Source: Candidatus Cloacimonadales bacterium (GTDB taxonomy: Bacteria > Cloacimonadota > Cloacimonadia > Cloacimonadales > JAIOQZ01). Taken from it: a stretch of 64,000 bases of DNA. The notes below the pieces were generated by a model, which ran no database searches, was not told the DNA's origin, and saw nothing but the letters and a program-made list of their open reading frames with translations. The stretch lies in assembly GCA_963665815.1 (NCBI GenBank), contig OY762463.1, positions 640,001-704,000 on the forward strand. Direction: 5' to 3'. This document shows positions 8,705 through 17,101 of this stretch, piece after piece (position 1 is the stretch's first letter; the number at the start of each line of letters is the position of its first letter). The position numbers and the translations under genes are program-made.

Positions 8705-10894
8705 TTATTTGATTAAGATCATTTTGTTAACTTTAACATCTCCCCCATATTCAAGCATTGTGAAATATACACCGGATCCAACAGATAAACCTTCTGAATC
8801 TCGCCCTTTCCAGACTATACTATTATCTCCTTTTTCACAGAAACAATCTATAAGTACTGCAACCTTCTGTCCTTTAATATTATATACAGATAACTTCACT
8901 TGCTGTCTCTCAGGTAAATTAAAACTTATAGTTGTTTCGGGATTAAATGGGTTTGGGTAGTTTATCAGACTTACTCCAGTATATGAAGATGCACTGCTAT
9001 GATCAATGTCTGTATTATTTCTACCATATATCCTGAAATCATCGATTGATACATCTCCAAATCCAATTCCTGCACATTCAAAGGCAAATTCAACATTACT
9101 GGACGTTAAAGCTGTAATATCTGCCGTCTGCTTTGTCCAGCAGAACATTCCCGTCTCATCAGTACTTACCCAGAGAGTTATCCAGTTCTGAGTCCCGACA
9201 AATCTTGCTTTTAATCTCAGCGAAGGACTCTGCGGATACTGGTGTGCATATGCAGTATAAAATTCTACATTCAATTCATCCATATAAGGAATTTGAATTT
9301 GAGGTGAGATTATTTCAGTACTCTGATTCTGAAAATCAGCATGTACTGTCGGACTAAATACATTCATTTCATCAATTACACTGAAATCCTGTAGACTGTT
9401 TGAGTCATTTTCCCACAGATTGTTTTGGCAAATCCAGCCATTCAAACCATTATCGAAATTTTCATTGTATATCAAACTATCTTTACTCACAATTACATTA
9501 ACACTCTTGTAGTTGCATATACTGTCATTGTTTGTGACAGCAACCGTAATGGTATGAAATCCGTTTCCCATTGTTAGAGTATTATATGTAAAATTTATAG
9601 GTGTAGACCCTGTATACCATTGCTCTCCATCTATATAGTAGCATATCTCTGAAACTGATTGAGCGTCTTCCAAATTTGCAGCAACCAAAATACATTCATT
9701 ATCTCCATAGACTGATGAAGGTATCGGAGATGTTATAGAGAAATCAGCATAGTTTGAGCTGTCTTTATTTATATCCAGAACTACAGAAGAGAAAATATTC
9801 AGACCGGAAGGCATTCCCGAAAGCGGGAAACTATACCAACCATCAGCCATTCCACCCCAGCCAAAGTTAAAGTGAAACTCCTCATTAGTATTGTAGCCAT
9901 CAACAATAATCTGATGTCCTCCCCCTGATGCTATCAATGCACACATTTGAGCAGGCATTCCAAGTTTCATGTTTTGTTTCATTCTCTCGGAAAGATCAAT
10001 ATCTGAATCAAGCAGAGTTACTGCATCGGTAAATCCAAATCTTTTGTATCCGTTTTCAATCTGCGGAGTAAAGTATGTTCCTGATCCACTCACGGTATAT
10101 GCTTGTTGCTTAGCAGATACACCACAGGCGAATATCAGTGCAGCCTTCAAGGTATCATTAAGAGCAATATTATTGTCATAGCAGTTCTGAATTTGCCCGA
10201 TGTATGAATTAATATCGGAAAAACTGAGAAAATCCCAGGCAACATAATCAACACCAATTGAATAATTATAAGGTGTAATGTAACTATCACTCTGGGAGAA
10301 CGTAGTATTGTTAGTCTGTTTGTGATAATCAACTATCATACCCATAGCAACTGAGGGACAACCTGCCAATGATTTTGATGACTGATCTGTTGGATCATTT
10401 GGACAGAACATGTTATAAGGTGCATACTGCTCCCAGCTGGTTTCAATCCAACCCCCGGAAACTGTTGTTCCGTCAGGTGGCCAATATTCCACTGGACGAT
10501 CAATGGTTTGTCCTGAAAGCAATAAATCCCATTCGAGTATGTTATCTGCGTCGGAATAGCTAATACTGTTAAGTAACATCAATTTACTGATAAATTTACT
10601 GAAAGTGTGAGAATACTTCTCACATATTTCCAGGTTTGAACTGAACGAATATCCCAGAACTGGAACATCTTCCCTGCTATCTGACATTAGAATGAATCCT
10701 GTTGGTTCTAATTTTACTACGTTAGTTTTCATTTTGCCCTTAATTTGAAGATGTTTCACTGATTTGATTGAAAAATCACGATTGTGTTCTCTCAGAAATG
10801 AACTTGCAGCTCTTTCGATTTCGTTGGTAGTCAAAGCGAAAGAATAGGTTAAAATTAAATAGAAAACAACTGTCAATATACAAGCCTTCTTCAT
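8705..10894 (-). CDS. C10 family (streptopain-like) cysteine peptidase with propeptide, Ig-like domain and FlgD-Ig/T9SS-type C-terminal domain
   Basis: WEQYAPYN, AGCPSVAMG (catalytic Cys), GGHQIIVDGY (His), HFNFGWGG; NYPNPFNPETTISF C-terminus. Confidence 0.88.
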   Translation of the reverse strand: MKKACILTVVFYLILTYSFALTTNEIERAASSFLREHNRDFSIKSVKHLQIKGKMKTNVVKLEPTGFILMSDSREDVPVLGYSFSSNLEICEKYSHTFSKFISKLMLLNSISYSDADNILEWDLLLSGQTIDRPVEYWPPDGTTVSGGWIETSWEQYAPYNMFCPNDPTDQSSKSLAGCPSVAMGMIVDYHKQTNNTTFSQSDSYITPYNYSIGVDYVAWDFLSFSDINSYIGQIQNCYDNNIALNDTLKAALIFACGVSAKQQAYTVSGSGTYFTPQIENGYKRFGFTDAVTLLDSDIDLSERMKQNMKLGMPAQMCALIASGGGHQIIVDGYNTNEEFHFNFGWGGMADGWYSFPLSGMPSGLNIFSSVVLDINKDSSNYADFSITSPIPSSVYGDNECILVAANLEDAQSVSEICYYIDGEQWYTGSTPINFTYNTLTMGNGFHTITVAVTNNDSICNYKSVNVIVSKDSLIYNENFDNGLNGWICQNNLWENDSNSLQDFSVIDEMNVFSPTVHADFQNQSTEIISPQIQIPYMDELNVEFYTAYAHQYPQSPSLRLKARFVGTQNWITLWVSTDETGMFCWTKQTADITALTSSNVEFAFECAGIGFGDVSIDDFRIYGRNNTDIDHSSASSYTGVSLINYPNPFNPETTISFNLPERQQVKLSVYNIKGQKVAVLIDCFCEKGDNSIVWKGRDSEGLSVGSGVYFTMLEYGGDVKVNKMILIK

Positions 10895-10904
10895 TTTTCC
10901 TCCT

Positions 10905-11516
10905 TTATCTGAATGCTTTTAACAGCATTTCGAATAGCGCATTAAATTTGTCCTCTCTTTCAGATGGGTGTTCAGAGATTAGAATAGCGTTCTTCATTAT
11001 TGACTGAATTGTTGACATGTAAAACTGACAACATAGCTCTACGTCCAAATCTTTGGTAAAACTTCCGTCATTCATTCCAATCTGAAATATATCTGATAAG
11101 CGTTTAAGAAAAAGCTTTTTCTGATCAAAATACTCTTCAAGAGTTTCTTTGCTGATGTTATGTCTATTATCTTCAATTATATGAAAGTAATCATCTAAAG
11201 TAAAAAAACCGAAGTTTTTGTTATATGTCCTGAAGCGTTCAATTCCGTATACTCTGAATTTCTCTATACCTGTTTCTTTTTCAGAGATCAGTTTATCATA
11301 ACGTTTTTGATTCATTTTAACCATTACGAGATAAGCATGCAAAAACAAATCCGGTTTGCTTGAGAAGTAGTTGTAAACAGTTCTTTTTGTGAATTCTGCC
11401 TTTTCAGCAATCTCATCAAGTGAAACATGATCATATCCCTTTTTCATGAAAAGTCTATACGCAACAGAAATTATCTCTTTTTTCTTTCTGTACTTATCTC
11501 TTTCCTTTCTATTCAT
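10905..11516 (-). CDS. TetR/AcrR family transcriptional regulator
   Basis: LFMKKGYDHVSLDEIAEKAEFTKRTVYNYFSSKPDL helix-turn-helix. Confidence 0.93.
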   Translation of the reverse strand: MNRKERDKYRKKKEIISVAYRLFMKKGYDHVSLDEIAEKAEFTKRTVYNYFSSKPDLFLHAYLVMVKMNQKRYDKLISEKETGIEKFRVYGIERFRTYNKNFGFFTLDDYFHIIEDNRHNISKETLEEYFDQKKLFLKRLSDIFQIGMNDGSFTKDLDVELCCQFYMSTIQSIMKNAILISEHPSEREDKFNALFEMLLKAFR

Positions 11517-11525
11517 TATGACTCC

Positions 11526-11550
11526 TTTAGTATACTGTGAGTATACTAAA
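11526..11550. promoter_or_regulatory. Putative TetR operator
   Basis: Perfect 11-bp-arm palindrome TTTAGTATACT-GTG-AGTATACTAAA just upstream of the tetR RBS; TTGACT on the minus strand at 11574-11569. Confidence 0.65.
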
Positions 11551-11631
11551 TATCCCCTCTGTGTTTTCAGTCAAGATTTTTTTGATTGACTTTATATTTC
11601 AAATCTTGAAATTTTTGATAGTTGAGTATTC

Positions 11632-11760
11632 ATGAAAGTATTCCTAATTGCAGATGATCTAACAGGAGAAAAGCAGGAGGAGATAATGAGTAGTAAGAAA
11701 AAATTCAAGACAAGAAAAGTCTTTATTAATGTTGGACTAAAACTAGAAGCTGTATTTTGA
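11632..11760 (+). CDS. Small ORF (42 aa, or 24 aa from ATG 11686), not in the ORF track
   Basis: MKVFLIADDLTGEKQEEIMSSKKKFKTRKVFINVGLKLEAVF*; AGGAGG before ATG 11686; its TGA overlaps the next TTG start. Confidence 0.35.
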   Translation: MKVFLIADDLTGEKQEEIMSSKKKFKTRKVFINVGLKLEAVF

Positions 11761-12305
11761 CTTTACCAAGAGAAACAAGAATAATTTTTATACTGTTATT
11801 GCTGACATCCTCATTGGCATATGGTGAATCAGCTTTATACTATAACCCCCTTTCTCAAATTTTCTCAGGTAAGGATAATATATCTATTGAGAATCAAGTT
11901 TCAGAGAAAGTTACCATTTCATTCTCATACAGCGAGACACAGACAAAAGTTCCAAAAATTGATAACACTGAAACACACTCAGTAGAACAAAGTATCAGTG
12001 TTTCTGGATACAGAAAGAAAGCTTTTGAAGGAGGTTATCTCGGGTATTCAATCAATTTTGTCACATCTGATATTCTTGGGGAAAATAATGCAGTTTATGA
12101 TGTATCATCTTTAGGAATGTCCATAGATGGAGGTTATATACTAAGACTAAGAAGTATTTGTATAACGCCTATCTGTAAAGTAAATTATGACTTGACTGAT
12201 AATCTTTGGGGGAACAAATACCGAGAAAGATGGGGTGATGGTGAAAAAGTGGATATTGTCGATTTTTACATTCAGCTTGGATTGAAACTTGGTTACAGAT
12301 TTTGA
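11757..12305 (+). CDS. Small outer-membrane beta-barrel protein (DUF3575-like)
   Basis: Signal peptide, amphipathic strands, C-terminal LGLKLGYRF barrel signature. Confidence 0.6.
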   Translation: MTLPRETRIIFILLLLTSSLAYGESALYYNPLSQIFSGKDNISIENQVSEKVTISFSYSETQTKVPKIDNTETHSVEQSISVSGYRKKAFEGGYLGYSINFVTSDILGENNAVYDVSSLGMSIDGGYILRLRSICITPICKVNYDLTDNLWGNKYRERWGDGEKVDIVDFYIQLGLKLGYRF

Positions 12306-12454
12306 TTATTACTTATATATATACATTTAGTTCAAATCATTATTGACAGCATTTATTATGTTAATATGTATTTGACAAAGAAAATTTTAATTGATTTGAA
12401 ATTATTTTTGTGCTGCAAGCGTTTTTTGATTAATATTTGTATAAAGGAGAAGCT

Positions 12455-13171
12455 ATGATACCAAAGGATTTGATTGATAAAGAAATTAGTCTGTTAGACA
12501 AATGGGAAGAAAAAGCAAAGTCTGTTTCCTTATATAGTGGAATAGGATCAATAGTTACCATTTTGTTTTTAATTGGATACCTGTTTATTTTTTCAAATTC
12601 CAGTATGGATATTTATACCAGATTCTTCATTCTCTTATTGGGAATCAATGCTTTATCTATTACTCTGAGCCCATTTTTGAAGACAAGAAGATTGGTAAAA
12701 ATGTATAACTTCTATAAAGAACAGCTTGTAAAACTTGCAGATGATAGTTCAGATAATTCAGAGGCTATTGCCAGAATCAACTATATCTGTAAGCATAAAT
12801 TCATCAAGAAAGATCAGATCCACGATGCAATAATCCATAAGATCAACAGCTTTGAACTGAAGTCCAAGAAAAGCATATACAAGATAGTTCTCCACACTGC
12901 TTATATTTTCATTGTTGTTATGACATCAATTCAGTACATTGCTGGAGAGCAGGACTTCAAAATTCTTTCAATGGTTTTCCCGATAGCACTTGTAATGTTT
13001 TCTATACATTCAATAATCAACTACTATCAGCAGAAGAATAACTTTTCTCGTTTGACAAAGCAATGGAAACATCATCTTGAAAAAATACAGGAAAAAGCGT
13101 ATAATGCAGAATTAGTCGAAATCCTGAATGATACGCTTTGCAATCCAGAAAAAATTGTTGTGATTGAATAG
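12455..13171 (+). CDS. Hypothetical membrane protein, four TM helices in two hairpins
   Basis: AAGGAG RBS before ATG 12455; two pairs of hydrophobic helices separated by a soluble linker. Confidence 0.7.
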   Translation: MIPKDLIDKEISLLDKWEEKAKSVSLYSGIGSIVTILFLIGYLFIFSNSSMDIYTRFFILLLGINALSITLSPFLKTRRLVKMYNFYKEQLVKLADDSSDNSEAIARINYICKHKFIKKDQIHDAIIHKINSFELKSKKSIYKIVLHTAYIFIVVMTSIQYIAGEQDFKILSMVFPIALVMFSIHSIINYYQQKNNFSRLTKQWKHHLEKIQEKAYNAELVEILNDTLCNPEKIVVIE

Positions 13172-13173
13172 AC

Positions 13174-14169
13174 CTATTCAAATATGGGAAGACTGCAGCT
13201 TGAACCCAATCCGGCAGTACAACCATAGCAATGGTTTGCCAGGTTGATCCTCCTCTCCGAAAGTTCATCATAGTCAAAATCCCGGATATGACTTACTGCG
13301 TTACTACTTAAACCCAGGATATGATTGAAATCACAGTCATAAATATTACCATCCCTGTCTATTGTAATCTGATTACGGCATGCCAAAGTATTGACTGTTT
13401 CAGAATTAAAATTATTGTAAAGCTTTTCAAGATAGCTTTCAACAGAATTAGTTTTATGTAGAACAAACAAGAATCTATTAATCGGCATATTATTCATACA
13501 ATACAGATTCGTGAATTTTATATCATGATCTCTTTTTAATACTGCCCTGTAAGCACTCTCAATAACACAATGAGAATCAGGAATATCTGTTCCCTGGGGA
13601 TTATATATAAAATGCAGGGGTAGAAAATCTCCATATCCAAGACTATTAAGTTTTTTTATCACAGAGACAGATTTTGCAAAAACTCCGTCTCCTCTCTGAG
13701 AATCTGTCTTGCATGGATAATAAAAGGGCAGGGAAGCCATAATCTCTACATTATGCTTAGATAGAAACTCAGGAAGATGAGAATATTTTTCTTCTGCCAT
13801 TATTGTCAGATTGGTTCTAACAACAACAGTTTTGTACATTTCTGTAACAGTCTTCACGATGTACTCAAAATCCGGATGCATTTCAGGAGCACCACCTGTC
13901 AAATCTACAGTTTCGATATCTCCATGATTTTGAATAATTTCGAGACACCTATCAATTACTTCACGAGACATTTCCTCACTCTGATCCGGTCCGGAATTTG
14001 TATGGCAATGCTCGCATGTTTGATTACACTTGAGTGTCAAGCTCAGCTGAAGAGTATTTATCGAAAAAGGAGTAATATCACTATATCCGATTTTTTCATT
14101 CAATCTTGAATGGATATTGTGTTTGAAATTCTCAAGAAGTTTCAGTTGCTTTAGTTTATCAGTATGCAT
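13174..14169 (-). CDS. arsS: Radical SAM protein, ArsS/DUF3641 family
   Basis: CNQTCEHCH (CxxxCxxC), DLTGGAPE, DSQRGDGVF, IYDCDFN, HCYGCTAGLGSSC tail. Confidence 0.82.
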   Translation of the reverse strand: MHTDKLKQLKLLENFKHNIHSRLNEKIGYSDITPFSINTLQLSLTLKCNQTCEHCHTNSGPDQSEEMSREVIDRCLEIIQNHGDIETVDLTGGAPEMHPDFEYIVKTVTEMYKTVVVRTNLTIMAEEKYSHLPEFLSKHNVEIMASLPFYYPCKTDSQRGDGVFAKSVSVIKKLNSLGYGDFLPLHFIYNPQGTDIPDSHCVIESAYRAVLKRDHDIKFTNLYCMNNMPINRFLFVLHKTNSVESYLEKLYNNFNSETVNTLACRNQITIDRDGNIYDCDFNHILGLSSNAVSHIRDFDYDELSERRINLANHCYGCTAGLGSSCSLPIFE

Positions 14170-14190
14170 CTAAGATATCCTGTACAAGTC

Positions 14191-15081
14191 CTATTTACTA
14201 TTCTTTCTTAAATAGCTTTTAATTTTAAAATTTTTCTTCTCAAGAGTTTTTATGATTCCATTATCTCCAATGTAATGAGCAGCTCCTACAACAACAAAAT
14301 GTACTCCACCTTCATTAGTCATTTTTACAATTTTATCAGCCATTTCAACATTTCTTTTATCTAAAAGAACTTTATATAACTCTGAGTAAGCTTTGTTATT
14401 TCTTTCTTTGAGAAGTTCATTTTCAAGTTCTGTCATATCACCGTTTTTCCATGAATCAGCAATCTTTTTCAGTTGATCTCCAATATTTTCTCCCGGTTCT
14501 GCAACTTCCTTCAGAAATGATAATTGAAGATCCAGGCTAAGATTATCAAAAATCTGAAGCTGATAAATAAAAGATTCCAATTCACTGACTTTTTTCTTTT
14601 TTTCTCTTGCCTCAGCAATGAAATATGCATCAATACCATGTTCCGGAGATAATCCTGCATTAAGGTATTCTACATTTGATAACTGTATTGCAGCAGCCCA
14701 GGGTTTAAAGTTTACGAGCTTTTGAACAATAAAAGGGTTAAACTTATCTTTCAGCTTCTTCCATGTATCGGATGGTACAATATTATCAAGAGTTTTACCA
14801 TTTTTCAAAAGCATCATTTTTGTCATTGTTGACTGCATTTTGGCTGCAGAACTCGGATCCGCCTCTACATAAAGAGTCGAACTCTCATCAAATGCCTCTG
14901 TAATATATTTCGGTAATGGGTAGAAAGATTCATCAGCTACATGAATTGACCCCAGCATGTATATCGTTGTGTTATCTGTCTTCAGCTCCCAGAATGGAGC
15001 ATACTTTACATCTTCAGCGAATAATCCAGATGCAATTGCCAGAATTATTATTATAATCAAACTAATATTTCTTTTTTTCAT
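14191..15081 (-). CDS. TraB/GumN family protein
   Basis: Signal peptide, YMLGSIHV, GIDAYF, ELES..YQ, DKRNVEMA, VVVGAAHY. Confidence 0.88.
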   Translation of the reverse strand: MKKRNISLIIIIILAIASGLFAEDVKYAPFWELKTDNTTIYMLGSIHVADESFYPLPKYITEAFDESSTLYVEADPSSAAKMQSTMTKMMLLKNGKTLDNIVPSDTWKKLKDKFNPFIVQKLVNFKPWAAAIQLSNVEYLNAGLSPEHGIDAYFIAEAREKKKKVSELESFIYQLQIFDNLSLDLQLSFLKEVAEPGENIGDQLKKIADSWKNGDMTELENELLKERNNKAYSELYKVLLDKRNVEMADKIVKMTNEGGVHFVVVGAAHYIGDNGIIKTLEKKNFKIKSYLRKNSK

Positions 15082-15089
15082 TTTTACCT

Positions 15090-15296
15090 CTATTTTAGAA
15101 AATACTTAATAATTTTATCAATATATGAAGAGAGCAGTATATACACAAATAACGCTCCCAGAATAACACTTGACCAAGCGTTAGAAGTTAATGGACATCC
15201 CCCACTCCTGCATCCAACAAATTTATAATAAAGATAGCCTGCTCCGGCTCCCAGCAAAAGAAGCAGAACATGCATAGCAATCTTAAACACTAACAT
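15090..15296 (-). CDS. Small membrane protein, DUF6132-like
   Basis: GYLYYKFVGCRSGGCPLTSN between two TM helices. Confidence 0.7.
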   Translation of the reverse strand: MLVFKIAMHVLLLLLGAGAGYLYYKFVGCRSGGCPLTSNAWSSVILGALFVYILLSSYIDKIIKYFLK

Positions 15297-15297
15297 T

Positions 15298-16239
15298 CTA
15301 TCTTGTATCCTTTTTCAAAATAATATACATAAAAAACGGAGTTCCTATGAATGCTGTTACAATTCCAACCGGAACAGGCACAACAGATATATGTAATGCA
15401 AAAAAGTCACATATTGTCAATAGAAAAGCTCCTGCAATTCCTGACCATAATATTGAAAACCTCTGATTAACACCAAACAGCATTCTTACAATATGCGGTA
15501 CAATCAGTCCGGCAAATCCAATAATTCCTGTATATGAGACAATAAATCCGGTGAGAAGTGAGCATATTATAAACATCTCTATCCTGAACTTCTTGATTGA
15601 GATACCAAGATTTTCAGCTATAAGATCTCCACATGCAAGTATATGAATCTTTCTGGCAATTATATTCAGATATAACATCAGAACTACTGCGATTGCAGAA
15701 AATATCAAGAAGTAATTCCATTCTCTGTCAGTAAAAATATGTCCAAGATTACCAAGTAAAACCTGTAGAATATTCCCGGCATCATCCTGATGTAAGTACA
15801 TAATCAAAGAGATACATGCAGAGAAAAACATACTGATGATTATCCCCGACAGAATCAGCTTTGTCTGATTGAAAAAGCCTTGAAAATTAGCAAGAGTCCA
15901 GACAGCCAGCATGCTGATCAAAGCTCCTGCGAACCCCAGAACAGGCATTAGAATAAACATGTTCATTACAGCTGCAAGAGTACTGCCCAGAGCAGCTCCT
16001 GATGAAACACCCAGAATATAAGGATCAGCAATCGGATTATTAAGCATAAGCTGAAATACGTAGCCTACTGTAGAAAGTATTGCTCCTGCCATAATTGTCA
16101 GTACAAGACGCGGAAGCCTTATTCTGGTGATAATGTTCTCACTACCTGCATCAAATGTCAGGTAAATCCAGATCACAGACGCAAATGCAATAAGCATAAA
16201 AATCAGATACAAACCTTTTCTATTTCGTATCAATCTCAT
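15298..16239 (-). CDS. FecCD/BtuC-type ABC transporter permease
   Basis: IRLPRL, NPIADPYILGVSSGA, GIIGFAGLIVPHIVR, PVGIVTAFIG; GGAG RBS before ATG 16239. Confidence 0.9.
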   Translation of the reverse strand: MRLIRNRKGLYLIFMLIAFASVIWIYLTFDAGSENIITRIRLPRLVLTIMAGAILSTVGYVFQLMLNNPIADPYILGVSSGAALGSTLAAVMNMFILMPVLGFAGALISMLAVWTLANFQGFFNQTKLILSGIIISMFFSACISLIMYLHQDDAGNILQVLLGNLGHIFTDREWNYFLIFSAIAVVLMLYLNIIARKIHILACGDLIAENLGISIKKFRIEMFIICSLLTGFIVSYTGIIGFAGLIVPHIVRMLFGVNQRFSILWSGIAGAFLLTICDFFALHISVVPVPVGIVTAFIGTPFFMYIILKKDTR

Positions 16240-17101
16240 ATTCTCCAAATATTTCTTCCATTTTCCTGACACCTTCGACAATTCTCGGACCTGCTCTCAA
16301 TATAAGATCAGGGTCAATATCTTCAACAGTGTAGACCTTTCTGCTTCTGATAGCCGATATATCCTGCCATCCCTTTCTATTGAGAACAGTTTCTTTGTCT
16401 GTTTCATACGTCAATAAAATAATGTCAGGATTTGCCAGAATAACGTCCTCGGTGTTAATCATGGAGTAATCCCTTGGGAGTGTTTCAAAAATATTATCAC
16501 CACCTGCAGTAGTAATCAGTTCACCGAGAAAAGACTCATCAGATGCCGACATCACAGGATCACCATAAATCTCAATATAAACTCTGGGTTTAATCTCCAA
16601 ATTTCGTTGTTGAAGATTTGTTTTGATATAATCATTCAATGAATCTGCTTCTGTTCTTAGTCCCGTAAGTTCTCCGAGTTCAGTAACAACCGTATAGAGC
16701 CCTTCAACAGATTTCGGATAGAATGATCTTGTTTTAATTCCCAGCTTGTTAAAATCTGAATTTAACTTCTCCTGCTCAAGACCCGAAGTAAAGACATACT
16801 CTGGGTTTAACCTTATCACTGATTCGACATTTATTGTACTGAAAGAGCCAACAATCTCCGGCTTTTTCTGTAAATCAGGAAATGTACATTCTCTAGTTCT
16901 GCCTGAAATCATAGAAGATCCCCCAATAGCACATACTATTTCATATACTTCCGGACTTGTAATAACAAAATTTGCAGCAGATTTTTGCCTTTTATCGTTT
17001 GAAGTGCAGGCTGTAAGCACTACGATAACAGGTAAAAACCTGATAATAAAAGAAAAGGCGGATTTAACTCCGCCTGAATTATATTTATTGAGTCTACTCA
17101 T
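16220..17101 (-). CDS. BtuF-like helical-backbone metal/cobalamin-binding lipoprotein
   Basis: LTAC lipobox, INVESVIRLNP, AGGDNIF, NPDIILL, ILRAGPRIVEG; start uncertain (ATG 17101 overlaps the hppA stop). Confidence 0.8.
   Translation of the reverse strand: MSRLNKYNSGGVKSAFSFIIRFLPVIVVLTACTSNDKRQKSAANFVITSPEVYEIVCAIGGSSMISGRTRECTFPDLQKKPEIVGSFSTINVESVIRLNPEYVFTSGLEQEKLNSDFNKLGIKTRSFYPKSVEGLYTVVTELGELTGLRTEADSLNDYIKTNLQQRNLEIKPRVYIEIYGDPVMSASDESFLGELITTAGGDNIFETLPRDYSMINTEDVILANPDIILLTYETDKETVLNRKGWQDISAIRSRKVYTVEDIDPDLILRAGPRIVEGVRKMEEIFGEYEIDTK
17048..17075 (-). terminator. Intrinsic terminator-like hairpin after hppA
   Basis: AGGCGGA-GTTAAA-TCCGCCT followed by TTTCTTTT on the minus strand. 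Confidence 0.6.
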
